A stretch of DNA of 64,000 nucleotides from Rickettsiales bacterium (GCA_040221415.1 JAVKEN010000014.1:732-64731), one strand, 5' to 3'; shown: positions 1-9,903, counted from the first letter of the stretch. A program made the numbers and translations. The notes: generated by a model from the letters alone, not told the origin.

Positions 1-1832
1 CACTCCATTGAATTACTAACATCTTTAATAACCTTTTGAATATCAACCATAGCAAACTTCTTCTTATTTGAAGTCTCTGCATAAGCTAAAAGGCCTTTTA
101 TCATCTCCTCCATATATTTAGATTGCTCTTGAATCCTCTGCAACATTTTCATTTCATCTGCATTTGCCTTTTCTGCACAATCTTCAATTAAAAATGAAGA
201 GTAATGCATAATACTTTGCAAAGGCTGCTTTAGATCATGTGAAGCAATGTAGGCGAATTCTTCCAACTCTCTATTCATATTCTCCAATTTCTTATTAGCG
301 GCCTCGACCTGTTGCTCTCTTATTTTTCGGCTGTGAATGCTGCGCAAAATACCGACAATGCGCACTGGTTTGTTTTCCTGATCCCATTCAGCATAACCTT
401 GATTTATAAACCAGTGATATTCACCATTTTTGACTTTGATTCTTGCTTCTATTCTGTATGGACGTTTTTTCTTTAAGTGATCATTGATTGAACTGCGCAC
501 TTTTTGAACATCTTCAGGATGCACAGAGTTGATAAAATTTTTAAAACTTGGCTCTATTTCGCCAACATTATATCCAAGCAGATGATAATATCTTGGCGAC
601 CAATATTCTAACTCTTGATCTACACGCCACTCCCAAATGCCATCCATACTGGCCATAGCAGCCATTCTAAACCTATCTTTATTATGTTGAATCTCTGCTT
701 CAAATTGCTTCCTTTTACTGACATCACTCAGAATAAGGCAATAGCAATTACGCTGCTTATATACGACTTTATAAACTGTCACCTCTAAAGCGAAAGATAC
801 TCCTCGCTGCTTATCATTAAAGTCACACTCAAACCTAGCACTTTGTGCCGACCGAACTTTGTTCTTAATAGACTGCCAATTAATATTAGAAAACTTAAAT
901 GTTAAAAACTCTATTGAATCCCCAAGAGGCAATTCTATTTTATCAAAAGAATGAAGCTTTTCGTGTGCTGAGTTATTTGCATATAAGATGCAATCTTTTT
1001 CATCTACAATCACTAATGGATTAGGGGCAGACTCAACAAGGAATCTGAATAGCTTCAGAGTATTCGTCAAATCCTCATTTTCATTAGCCTGCTTCTTCAG
1101 AGCGGTGATGTCAATGGCAGAACCACCCATTTTGATAGCTTTACCATTTCTATCAAATATCACCTCACCAGAAGTATAGAACCATTTATACTGACCATCT
1201 CTTGCTAAAATTTTATATTCTCCAGAAAACTTAGATTTATTTTGAACTGATTTTCTAAAGTCACTAAAGATCGCATCTTTATCTGTAGCATCAATATTTT
1301 CCAGCCAATAATCATTAATTTCTTCTTCTGAAGTATCCTCTGGAAAACCAAGCATTTTTTTGTAAGAAGGTGAGAATAAGTACTTCTCATTTTGAATGTC
1401 CCAATACCAAAGACCAGCGCTAGAACCCACTGATACGGTTTGAATCGCCTCTTGCATCCACAACAGATCCGACTCTAACTTTTTAACACTAGAAATATCT
1501 CGGACAATTACAAAGAAGAATTCATCTTCCTCGTGCTTTATATATTTAACACTTTTCTCCACTGGAATCTCTTGGCCGCCAGAAGAAATAATTGCTGTGA
1601 TCCTAATGAGAGGGTCATGCTTGATGGCAACGTCTTTTGCTTCAGGAAAATTATCTGCTGTGATTTTAACATCATCATCGATAACTGACCTCTCAAGGAT
1701 TTGAGATTTATCATAACCGGAAAGTTTGCAATACGCCTTGTTTGCATAAAGATACTTACCATCTTTTATTGAACACAAAATAATAGGATCAGCAAGATCC
1801 TCGAAGAACTGTTTTGCTAACTCTAGATGCAT
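1..1832 (-). CDS. multi-PAS sensor histidine kinase, partial (C-terminal part lies left of the window)
   Basis: Absent from the ORF track because no stop lies in the window. Own translation of the minus strand from ATG (plus-strand CAT 1830-1832, preceded by GGGGGGATTAA) gives MHLELAKQFFEDLADPIILCS..., several PAS-like blocks, then the HisKA H-box ELEEFAYIASHDLKQPLQSI around 200-290. The frame stays open to position 1. Confidence 0.85.
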   Translation of the reverse strand, partial: MHLELAKQFFEDLADPIILCSIKDGKYLYANKAYCKLSGYDKSQILERSVIDDDVKITADNFPEAKDVAIKHDPLIRITAIISSGGQEIPVEKSVKYIKHEEDEFFFVIVRDISSVKKLESDLLWMQEAIQTVSVGSSAGLWYWDIQNEKYLFSPSYKKMLGFPEDTSEEEINDYWLENIDATDKDAIFSDFRKSVQNKSKFSGEYKILARDGQYKWFYTSGEVIFDRNGKAIKMGGSAIDITALKKQANENEDLTNTLKLFRFLVESAPNPLVIVDEKDCILYANNSAHEKLHSFDKIELPLGDSIEFLTFKFSNINWQSIKNKVRSAQSARFECDFNDKQRGVSFALEVTVYKVVYKQRNCYCLILSDVSKRKQFEAEIQHNKDRFRMAAMASMDGIWEWRVDQELEYWSPRYYHLLGYNVGEIEPSFKNFINSVHPEDVQKVRSSINDHLKKKRPYRIEARIKVKNGEYHWFINQGYAEWDQENKPVRIVGILRSIHSRKIREQQVEAANKKLENMNRELEEFAYIASHDLKQPLQSIMHYSSFLIEDCAEKANADEMKMLQRIQEQSKYMEEMIKGLLAYAETSNKKKFAMVDIQKVIKDVSNSME

Positions 1833-1891
1833 TTAATCCCCCCATATGCTTATACAATAAATTTATATAATATTTTTTAACATGTCACAAA

Positions 1892-2113
1892 TTAGAATAG
1901 CAATTTAAGCAATTGCTTGGAAAGCTGCGCATTGCTGCGACCTAAACCGGTAACATTAGATAATAAGCTCATTGCTGGCTTTATGTGATTTGTTTTTGTG
2001 CCGCGGGATTTGCGTCGCATCAACTCATCAATTTTTCTTTTTAAGATATCTATTTCTTTCTGCTGTTTTGTCTGAGCTTTTACAAGCTCTTTAAAACCAG
2101 TTTCTTTGAACAT
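1892..2113 (-). CDS. hypothetical small basic coiled-coil protein
   Basis: 73-aa ORF (MFKETGFKELVKAQTKQQKEIDILKRKIDELMRRK...), same strand as neighbours, GGAGG upstream of the ATG. No family recognised. Confidence 0.4.
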   Translation of the reverse strand: MFKETGFKELVKAQTKQQKEIDILKRKIDELMRRKSRGTKTNHIKPAMSLLSNVTGLGRSNAQLSKQLLKLLF

Positions 2114-2143
2114 TCCGCCTCCATGGATTGCCTATAAATGCAA

Positions 2144-2167
2144 GACAGCGGCCGCAAAGCCGCTGTC
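2144..2167 (-). terminator. GC-rich hairpin downstream of 2188..2481
   Basis: Perfect 9-bp stem GACAGCGGC / GCCGCTGTC with a 6-nt loop, 20 nt after the minus-strand stop. The trailing T-run on the minus strand is weak (TTGCATTTATAGG). Confidence 0.4.
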
Positions 2168-2187
2168 CTTAGCGTGTACTAACTTGT

Positions 2188-2481
2188 TTATCCCACGGTT
2201 TCAGCCGCAGATAAAAACTCTGTGAATTTATTAGGGTTAAAAGTTAAATTATTTTGAATTAATTTTTTAAGATTGCGAGCAACAACTAGCTGCTTTTGAT
2301 TACATATCTCGCTTTTAGAAAGCGAAATAAATTCAGCAACTGAGTATAGCAACTCTGAATATTGCTTCTTTTCAATTTTAGAACTGTCAAAGTCTGTAGC
2401 AATTACAAGTATTCTTTGCGCAGAGCTGAGATTCTGCTTTGATACGCTGTCTCGCTTAGAAGAATTTTGTAAATCAGACAT
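2188..2481 (-). CDS. hypothetical protein
   Basis: 97-aa ORF with backbone-like AT-rich composition. No motif recognised. Confidence 0.45.
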   Translation of the reverse strand: MSDLQNSSKRDSVSKQNLSSAQRILVIATDFDSSKIEKKQYSELLYSVAEFISLSKSEICNQKQLVVARNLKKLIQNNLTFNPNKFTEFLSAAETVG

Positions 2482-2812
2482 AAACTAGTAATCAGTTATT
2501 CAATCTATAATCAATTCTGACCTAAAAAGATTAATTTTCAGTTAATTTTATAAAAAACTTTTAGAAAACTGCTCAGGCGGTGCTGCAAGATGCGTGTGGC
2601 TGAGGAGAGAGTTATGCAGCACCACCAAGAAAATGTTTTCACATCTTCAATGAGCGGTTTTGCTCACTACAAAGATTTGTCGAATAATTAACTTAGAGGG
2701 ATTCCTTGCTAATTATTTGGCCCAACAACAAGTATTTCTACTTGGTATATGTATTTGGCTCAAACAAATATGTTTCCGCCTTTGTGCTAGTGAACTAAAA
2801 ACCTTTCAATAA

Positions 2813-2834
2813 AATATTAACAATTGTTAATATT
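2813..2834. repeat. 22-bp perfect palindrome AATATTAACAATTGTTAATATT
   Basis: Checked base by base: the sequence equals its own reverse complement. It lies in the 2482-3075 gap, which has no ORF of 60 aa or more. Confidence 0.8.
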
Positions 2835-3075
2835 TGGTAGTTTTATATAAGACCCTAATAGCTTTGTCAACAAAAGCTAACAAAGTTTTTTATTACACAA
2901 AAGTTAATGAGTGAACTTGCTATAATTATTGTCAGCACTGGGAAAAAAAGAAATGTTGCTGTAGATTCTACTGGGTGGTGAATATAGCAAATGATGAGGA
3001 TAGCTATGAAACCTACAGCAACAATTTATGTATAAGAAATTAGTTAACTTTTGTCAACCTTTTCGTTAAAACTAT

Positions 3076-6000
3076 TTATGATATAGTGCAGCCAATATTT
3101 CCACCAACCGTTCCTCCGACTGTATCGCCGGAAGAATCAGAGCCTGGAGAGCCTCTTTCACTTTCTTCACGTTCACGCGCTCTTTCCTCTTCTCTATCTC
3201 GGAAACGAGCTGAACTATCATCAGACTCAGACCTTGATGAGCGTGGTGACACATCAACAATTGGCAAAGGAACACCTGCAGGATCAGCTGCCACTTCTTC
3301 ACCAACACCTGCCCCCCTTACACGTCGCTCTCTTTCCTCAGAGTCACTAGCAGCCAAAGCTGCACGCATCGCTTCTGTTTGACCACCTGAAGAATCTCTT
3401 CTTGAAGCATCTACTTTCGAGCCAGAGGGAACAGATCTAACTTCGCGCTCTTCATCTGAACTATCACCACCTGAACTACTATCACCACCTGAACTACTAC
3501 CGCCACCGAAGACTGACGAAGATGTAGCTGGTGATAAGTCTGAATCTGAATCTATTTCTGCTGGTGGTGCAGCAATTGCTCTTACAGTGCTTCCCTCAGG
3601 CTGTTCATTTCTATCTAAATAAGCAAATGCATCTCTAAGGTACACAGAGTTAACTTCGTCTTCTTGATCGTGGTCTTCATCGTTTCGATGAGCTCTTGCA
3701 ACCTCAAGCGCAAGCTTCCAGTGATCCTTATCAAATTCTTCTCTAGCATCAAAAGAAGCTTCTAGATCGCCTCCTCCTCCAGGACTCAACCTAGCTTCAC
3801 GTGTAACATGTGCCTCTACCTCTACAAAATCTTTAGTAATTTCTTCCTTTTTATTATACACGCCAGCAACAGTCCTAAGTTCTGAGACTACAGGCCTACC
3901 ATAAGCATCAGTAGCCCCACCTATTGGGCGCGCAACTCCATCTGTATCATGTGCAACTCTGTAAAATACTGCGCCTGCTCCCGGGGTGGGAACTGCCCCA
4001 TGTGGAAACGGAGATACTTCACGAGAATCCTTAGACGATGTTGTACTTGAAGATCCAGAATCCGAATCAGATTCAGAAGAATCACCAGGTGCAACTACTC
4101 TTACTCGTGGACGATTAGGTATTGCCGCATTTGCACCAAACATCCATGAACTAATAAATTCAGGAAACCTTGCTCTTGCAGTAGCCTCAGCTTGGACATA
4201 TGCCTGATTCTTTCTAATATCCCAACCTTGCCTAGCCCAATCAACAAATTCACCGCCACGCCTTTCAACGAACAAAGAGGTGTTATAAGCAAGACTTCCT
4301 AAAGTAGGCGCTTCTTCCATTACTTTCGCTGCAGATTTAGAAGCCATTTTTGAATGTTTTGCATTCCTCTTCTCCCTTCTGACTTCCTTAACATCTATGA
4401 CTTGTGAAATCATATTATGGATATTGAACTTATCCTCTTGTGTTAAATCATGAGGGCGAAATACTTTCTTGAATGCTTTCAAAGTATCAAAAAAATCAGG
4501 CGGAATCTCAAAGCTACCACCTTCTAACTTAGCTCGCTCTGCAATGCTTCGAAGCTTATCACGCATTGTTCTAAGCAAAATTCTTTTCTGCTTAGCGTAC
4601 AATTCGCCAGCCATACGTTGCATAAATTGATCACGGCTTTCTGTGCTGAATGTAAAGCTCATCCTGCTTTTTAAGTCTTGCGCAGCAGAAACTATTGGCG
4701 CTACAATTTTATTAATGTTTTTATATTGCCATATTGAGAATGCGCCAGCAAATGGAGCAGCAACCGAAAAAGCAACCAATAAATTTTGTGGTGAAAATAA
4801 GAATCCAAATGCCCAACTAGTTACTCCTAGCATACCAGCACCAATACCTAAAGCCAGTATAAATGTATAAAAGGCAATTGCTTTCACTCTATTTTTTTCA
4901 AGGTAGCTGATGCTTGAAATTAATTTTTGCTCATTCTCTCGAGGATGACGCCTTAACTCGCGACCATTCTGGAATGCACGATCAGCTGCTGCTGCAACTC
5001 TTACCGCTCCATCTGCCGAGAATGCTGCTCTAACTGCTCGATCAGTAATTAAATTATTAGCAATCAAAACGCTGACTAAACCACGAGCAAAATCAAAGGC
5101 AAAAACCTCTCCCCAAACAATTCCTGTGTACCTTAAGAAGTCCCCAAATGGATTACGAGTATCATAAGTTCCTCTTGCTTGTTGTGAAGCATAACTTGCG
5201 GAAGATAGCACGCCTTTGGAAGCAAAATAAGTTAACAGAGCTGATGTTGTAGTTTTCATTAACGACGAATCGCGTGATAACATTACAGCGCCACCAACCA
5301 GCATAGCCAAAGAACCAGCAATAATATTTTGCCCAGTTCTTTCTTGTTCAAGCGATTTTTCTATTGGCAATTGTGGGTTAAAGTTACCTTTCTTAATTTC
5401 ACTTTCAACAAAAGCTAATATCTCTGGCCAATTCATTGCACGTGGAGACTTTCTTGTTGTTCCTTTATAGAACCAATTCATAGCCTGATCTATATAGTGA
5501 TAACATTTTTTTATATAAGCTTGCTCTGCCCTACCATATTGTGATATTAGATCTCCTAATTCTGATGGAATTTCTCTAACATCCTCGTCTCTTAACTCTG
5601 CTGAAAGAAAATAATCAGTACCATATCTAACTACCGTGCCTGCTAAACCAGCCGACAAGGGACTCACGAACGGCATGCTTAATGTTGAAGCAGCTAAACC
5701 AGCTGCTGTAGATGCAGCATGAACACCATGCAAGACTTCCTCTCGTCTTCTCTCAGACTTACTTTGAAGATTTATAACGTCAATATTATCACCCTTAATG
5801 CTTATAAGAACATCTTGAATATTGTTGTTACGCGCTCTCTTACCTGTGTTTGGTGGGAACTCCGTCACAGGCTTAACAAACCAGACCCCTGTTATGTTTC
5901 TTCTAGATCTTGTTGCGTCATCAATTTTTGTTGATCTAATAGTATTTTCATCAACCATTAGATCGGATAAATCTACATTAGTGAGCTTTACACCTGCTAA

Positions 6001-9000
6001 ATTCGCACCATTTAAATTAAGATTTTCGGTTTTTACTTTTTCACCATTAATAATCAGACCTTGCAAGTCACAATGCGAAAGATTTGCACCACCAAGATCA
6101 AGCTCTTCTTCTATTCCTAACTCATCTCCGTAACTAAGGCCATTAAGCTCTGATAAAGAAATAATTGTGGTATATTTCTCAACTTCAACTTTTTTAGTTT
6201 CTTGATTAAACTTAATACCGTGCTCCTCAAGCTCACCCGCCTCTTCCTGAAATTCCTTTTTAGTAGTCAGCACATAATTAACAAAATCAGCGAATTTTTT
6301 TCGAGATAGAATTATGTCTTGTTCGCTAATCTTTATATCTGGATCACGCAGAACCATCTTTCTAAATTCCTCTGGACAATGATCTAAATTTCTAAGCTCG
6401 GCATACAAGGCAAGTAAATTTGTATTAGTCAAAGAAACAACTAAAACCCTTTCATCTTCTACGTGATGAAAAACTCTTACATCCTCACTTCTCAACTTTG
6501 TAGAAAAATACCTCAGTCTTTTTTTCGGAGTTCTTAAATCTCTGGCCATCATGATACCCCCACCAGAGCCAAAGGCGCTAGAGCCAGATCTTAAGCGCTC
6601 TCCTTCTCTCTCTTCGGATGCTGCTCGCAAAGTCGCACCCCTAAAACTCGATGCACCATGCACACTATGTCTGGGCCTATCCGATCTGGGGGAAAACATT
6701 CTCTCTGTAAAGCTATCAGAGTGACTCATATTAGGTCGCGATGTTACTCTTGCCATAGGAGCAACGCCTTTGCGTGTGCCAGATGAACTAGTTAGCGAGG
6801 CACCATCTTCATCAAAAGTAAAAGCCCTTTTTCGTCTTCTTTCAGGGGAATAAGCAGTAGCAAAATCTGCAAGGACACTTGATGCCGAAGGTGCTATTCT
6901 TCTTACACGGAGACTTCCCAATCCCGCACCTAAACCCATCCCCTCATCACCAGAAATACTAGACATTCTCGATACATCCCGGGCGATTCTCTCACCTTCT
7001 GCTCCTAAAGATCTTATTGCATCTATACATAAAACTGATGACTTAGCTTCCTGTATTGGGTCTGCTGGATCACGCGGAACCCGGATAATTGTGTCTGCTA
7101 GATATCTTGCTCTTGTTAAATGATCAAATTTGTCTACTTCATAGCCAACACCTCCTGCTAAGGCAGATTCTCCATCATTTATAAGCTTTGATACAATAGA
7201 AGTTGCAGCAAATCCTTTTGTTCTTTTTTTACGTAAAACATACTCTTCTACAGTTTCATGAGGCTTTTTGCCTTTTGATCTTGTTTTACCTACAAATGAA
7301 TCTACATTAGTTACGCCAGCTGACCATACAACGGCCTCATCACCAAATTCAAGTCTTTCACCTTCTTGAGTAATTGCAAAGAGTCCTAAAGCTACTTCTG
7401 TTTTGAGGCCTTTAAAACTTACGCCTTCTTTAAACTCAGTCCCTGACTTTCTTCCATAAATTGCTCCAATGCCTAACTGGACATGGTCCAAAGAAACTTG
7501 TGAAAGCACGGCGTCATCAACTGTCAGCCTGCCAAATTTCGCTTTTGTACAGTTAAGATTTTGAACATCACCACCTGTAATGAGTAATTTACCCACCTCA
7601 ATTCTTGATAAGTCAACTTTAAAATCCGGAACAATTGGGCCTTCAAGAACAACCGTCATGTGACGACAAATCTCATCACGTAAAGGAAAGCTCTTAGGAA
7701 CGTCTAATTCAGGAGGAACATCTCTTTTTTCTGGGTTATTAGCAAACAATCTAAGTAAGGCTGCATACGGAATACTTCCCTCTTTCTCTAGATCAGCTAA
7801 ATAATAATTTAATAAAAATTCTTCAAAGGAGATTCCTGGTTCTACTCGTTCAGTTCTGCCACCTGCACAACCTACGCAACCTCTACCTTGAACACGAATT
7901 TCTTTTTCTAGCAAATGACGATTAAATTCAGCATAGGCTTTGAGAATATTAAAATTTTGCGCATTAATTGTAACAATTATTTCCATTGTAAGTGGATTCA
8001 TCGAAAGAATTAACCCATCATAATCTGGAAAATAATCACACTCTTCTTTTGCCACTCTTTCTTTTACTGCATCAACAGCTTGCTGAATGTAAATTTCACC
8101 ACATGGGTTTAGAGTATCTTCAACCCCATGTTCGGAAGCGAGAGCTGCTATAGCTGCTTCATTCACCTCTGCTCTAGCTTGCTCCATAAGACTTTTAACG
8201 CGGCGTATGCCCCCTGGAGTCATCGCCCCTGAAGCTCTTGCTGCTTCTGCTGCTATTGCATCCGGGTCGACTTCTACGGCATCCTCATAATCACTAAACT
8301 CGTCTAATACATCTTCTGCATCGTGATAGCCAACCCTTCTTCTAGGTGGGCCATAATCTTCAGTTACGATACTATCCGCAACTGAGTCTACTTCAGATGA
8401 CGCCAAACTCTCATCTGGACTGCCGCCTCCTCTTATGCCGGCAATTGCCCTAGCAATTGTAGCTAAATTAATTGTCTTATTTTTAGGAGTAGTTGTCTCT
8501 CCCTCTGTAGCACGTTCCCTTGCTGCAAGCTCGTGGCTAACTGCAGCTAACCTACGCTCAGTTGCTGATGCATCACCCCCAAATACTCCAGCAGCACTTA
8601 TAGACATCTCTCGAGTCAAGCGCATCGATTCTTGTTTAAGCTCTCTTGTTGTCAATCCGTCAAGCGGAGGACTAGGTCTCTCTTCATCTGAGTTTTCTAT
8701 GCCAGGCATGTACGTGCTGTGAGGTGCTGCCCATACATCAGTTCTTCGACCATCAAGGTTACCTGATGGAGGAGCAATTGGCCTTCTTCTACCTGGACCA
8801 CCAAGTTTTCTTAAAGCTGCTCTTCTTTCATTCTCCTGAGGATCAGAAGCACTCTCCGCTACCTCTCCAAAGGTTCTTTGCAAAGCTAGTCTACGAGACG
8901 ATGCTCGCCTTAAGAAACTTCCTGGACGCGGCGGAGAAGAAACGCCTCTAGCACTCCCTGAATATAAACCAGAACCTCCTGGGCGTGGCAAATCATCTCT

Positions 9001-9309
9001 ACCAGTAGGAAATGCACCAACTAAACTTGTTGGCTCATCTTCTTTACCCTCGCCATCATCCCTGAAAGACGGAGGTCCACCGCCGCCTTCTTCAGGATCA
9101 TAATATCTTGGATCAGTTGGTGGAAAACCTGGAGAGCTGCCAAGATGGCTAAGCTCATAATCACGTCTTATTGCGCTACGTCTTGTTGCGCTAGCCTCTC
9201 TTAACTCATCATAACGAAAATCTTCCTCCTCGCCTTTATCACCTTTACCTCTACTCGCTGCTCCAGCACCTCTTGCTGACCAACGCCCCCTTCTCTTACT
9301 ACCTGACAC
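3076..9309 (-). CDS. giant (2077 aa) low-complexity / pentapeptide-repeat / multi-TM protein with a CaaX-like C-terminus
   Basis: Single uninterrupted 6.2-kb ORF. GTG start reads MSGSKRRG with GAGG 9 nt upstream. The first ~420 aa are G/R/P/E/S-rich. Two related modules each end in A(D/N)LXX-type pentapeptide repeats. A hydrophobic block follows at about aa 1200-1540, then an S/D/G/E-rich tail ending ...GGNIGCTIS. Confidence 0.85.
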   Translation of the reverse strand: MSGSKRRGRWSARGAGAASRGKGDKGEEEDFRYDELREASATRRSAIRRDYELSHLGSSPGFPPTDPRYYDPEEGGGGPPSFRDDGEGKEDEPTSLVGAFPTGRDDLPRPGGSGLYSGSARGVSSPPRPGSFLRRASSRRLALQRTFGEVAESASDPQENERRAALRKLGGPGRRRPIAPPSGNLDGRRTDVWAAPHSTYMPGIENSDEERPSPPLDGLTTRELKQESMRLTREMSISAAGVFGGDASATERRLAAVSHELAARERATEGETTTPKNKTINLATIARAIAGIRGGGSPDESLASSEVDSVADSIVTEDYGPPRRRVGYHDAEDVLDEFSDYEDAVEVDPDAIAAEAARASGAMTPGGIRRVKSLMEQARAEVNEAAIAALASEHGVEDTLNPCGEIYIQQAVDAVKERVAKEECDYFPDYDGLILSMNPLTMEIIVTINAQNFNILKAYAEFNRHLLEKEIRVQGRGCVGCAGGRTERVEPGISFEEFLLNYYLADLEKEGSIPYAALLRLFANNPEKRDVPPELDVPKSFPLRDEICRHMTVVLEGPIVPDFKVDLSRIEVGKLLITGGDVQNLNCTKAKFGRLTVDDAVLSQVSLDHVQLGIGAIYGRKSGTEFKEGVSFKGLKTEVALGLFAITQEGERLEFGDEAVVWSAGVTNVDSFVGKTRSKGKKPHETVEEYVLRKKRTKGFAATSIVSKLINDGESALAGGVGYEVDKFDHLTRARYLADTIIRVPRDPADPIQEAKSSVLCIDAIRSLGAEGERIARDVSRMSSISGDEGMGLGAGLGSLRVRRIAPSASSVLADFATAYSPERRRKRAFTFDEDGASLTSSSGTRKGVAPMARVTSRPNMSHSDSFTERMFSPRSDRPRHSVHGASSFRGATLRAASEEREGERLRSGSSAFGSGGGIMMARDLRTPKKRLRYFSTKLRSEDVRVFHHVEDERVLVVSLTNTNLLALYAELRNLDHCPEEFRKMVLRDPDIKISEQDIILSRKKFADFVNYVLTTKKEFQEEAGELEEHGIKFNQETKKVEVEKYTTIISLSELNGLSYGDELGIEEELDLGGANLSHCDLQGLIINGEKVKTENLNLNGANLAGVKLTNVDLSDLMVDENTIRSTKIDDATRSRRNITGVWFVKPVTEFPPNTGKRARNNNIQDVLISIKGDNIDVINLQSKSERRREEVLHGVHAASTAAGLAASTLSMPFVSPLSAGLAGTVVRYGTDYFLSAELRDEDVREIPSELGDLISQYGRAEQAYIKKCYHYIDQAMNWFYKGTTRKSPRAMNWPEILAFVESEIKKGNFNPQLPIEKSLEQERTGQNIIAGSLAMLVGGAVMLSRDSSLMKTTTSALLTYFASKGVLSSASYASQQARGTYDTRNPFGDFLRYTGIVWGEVFAFDFARGLVSVLIANNLITDRAVRAAFSADGAVRVAAAADRAFQNGRELRRHPRENEQKLISSISYLEKNRVKAIAFYTFILALGIGAGMLGVTSWAFGFLFSPQNLLVAFSVAAPFAGAFSIWQYKNINKIVAPIVSAAQDLKSRMSFTFSTESRDQFMQRMAGELYAKQKRILLRTMRDKLRSIAERAKLEGGSFEIPPDFFDTLKAFKKVFRPHDLTQEDKFNIHNMISQVIDVKEVRREKRNAKHSKMASKSAAKVMEEAPTLGSLAYNTSLFVERRGGEFVDWARQGWDIRKNQAYVQAEATARARFPEFISSWMFGANAAIPNRPRVRVVAPGDSSESDSDSGSSSTTSSKDSREVSPFPHGAVPTPGAGAVFYRVAHDTDGVARPIGGATDAYGRPVVSELRTVAGVYNKKEEITKDFVEVEAHVTREARLSPGGGGDLEASFDAREEFDKDHWKLALEVARAHRNDEDHDQEDEVNSVYLRDAFAYLDRNEQPEGSTVRAIAAPPAEIDSDSDLSPATSSSVFGGGSSSGGDSSSGGDSSDEEREVRSVPSGSKVDASRRDSSGGQTEAMRAALAASDSEERERRVRGAGVGEEVAADPAGVPLPIVDVSPRSSRSESDDSSARFRDREEERAREREESERGSPGSDSSGDTVGGTVGGNIGCTIS
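3457..3507 (-). repeat. in-frame 18-bp tandem repeat (about 3 units) inside the giant gene
   Basis: TGAACTA(CTA)TCACCACC repeated on the plus strand. It encodes GG(G/D)SSS x3 (protein text ...FGGGSSSGGDSSSGGDSSDEE...). Confidence 0.75.
5953..6099 (-). other. pentapeptide-repeat block 2 of the giant protein
   Basis: DLGGANLSHCDLQGLIINGEKVKTENLNLNGANLAGVKLTNVDLSDLMV (aa ~1071-1119), with clear 5-residue periodicity of the (A/N)(N/D)L type. Confidence 0.7.
7471..7584 (-). other. pentapeptide-repeat block 1 of the giant protein
   Basis: LITGGDVQNLNCTKAKFGRLTVDDAVLSQVSLDHVQLG (aa ~576-613), mapped from reverse-complement reading of 7561-7584. Confidence 0.55.
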
Positions 9310-9421
9310 CCTAGCCTCAATGCATTACTTTAAATTTGCATTAAAGTACAAGAAGGTTAAGAAAGGATTAATTTTCTAGGAAAAATAGAAAAAAATTTGA
9401 ATTTTTTTTCATAAAGCCAAA

Positions 9422-9450
9422 AAGCCTGCATAGGAATGCTACGCAGGCTT
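9422..9450 (-). terminator. rho-independent terminator after the lysine-rich protein gene
   Basis: Stem AAGCCTGC / GCAGGCTT, followed on the minus strand by TTTTGGCTTT. It lies 37 nt downstream of the stop at 9487. Confidence 0.6.
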
Positions 9451-9486
9451 CTTGTTTAACTAAATTTATGAGAATTTAAAAAGTTT

Positions 9487-9801
9487 TTATGAAAAAAGAT
9501 CTTTAATAAATTCCATTACTTTACAAACAAAACCTTTATTTTGTTTTTTATTATCATTGGTCGCTGTATGTATTTTTACAGGAGCTTTTCTAGCTGGTCT
9601 TTTTGCAGCTGTTTTCTTAGCTACAACTTTCTTAGCAACTGCTTTCTTCTTAGCAGCAGGTTTTTTAGCTACAACTTTTTTTACAGTAGTTTTTTTAGCA
9701 GCAACTTTAGTAGCTACTTTTTTTGCAGCAGGCTTCTTAGCAACTGCTTTCTTTTTTGCAGGTGATTTTTTTGCTTTTGCTTTAGTCATATTCATTCTCA
9801 T
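9487..9801 (-). CDS. histone H1-like Lys/Ala-rich DNA-binding protein
   Basis: KAKAKKSPAKKKAVAKKPAAKKVATKVAAKK... AKK/PAAKK repeats typical of bacterial H1-like nucleoid proteins. Three in-frame ATGs at the 5' end leave the start uncertain. Long antisense ORFs here are composition artefacts. Confidence 0.6.
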   Translation of the reverse strand: MRMNMTKAKAKKSPAKKKAVAKKPAAKKVATKVAAKKTTVKKVVAKKPAAKKKAVAKKVVAKKTAAKRPARKAPVKIHTATNDNKKQNKGFVCKVMEFIKDLFS

Positions 9802-9903
9802 AAATTAATTATCCTTTAATCATAACTTATTTCGATTTTTTCTCGCAAGTTGTAAATGAATGAATTTCAACAAACTATTTCAATTGTGACTTTTCAAACA
9901 CTA

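Noticed and set aside
2580-2627. Hairpin GGTGCTGCA...TGCAGCACC as a possible SRP RNA, other ncRNA or terminator
   Set aside because: I could not match conserved SRP domain-IV, tmRNA or RNase P motifs by eye. It is too far (about 450 nt) from the giant gene's stop to call its terminator. It is left unannotated and needs a covariance-model scan (Rfam/Infernal).
9541-9808. Two plus-strand ORFs (74 and 83 aa, Phe/Leu-rich) opposite the Lys/Ala-rich gene
   Set aside because: They are the mirror image of AAG/GCA repeats. The minus-strand product is a recognisable H1-like protein with a terminator downstream.
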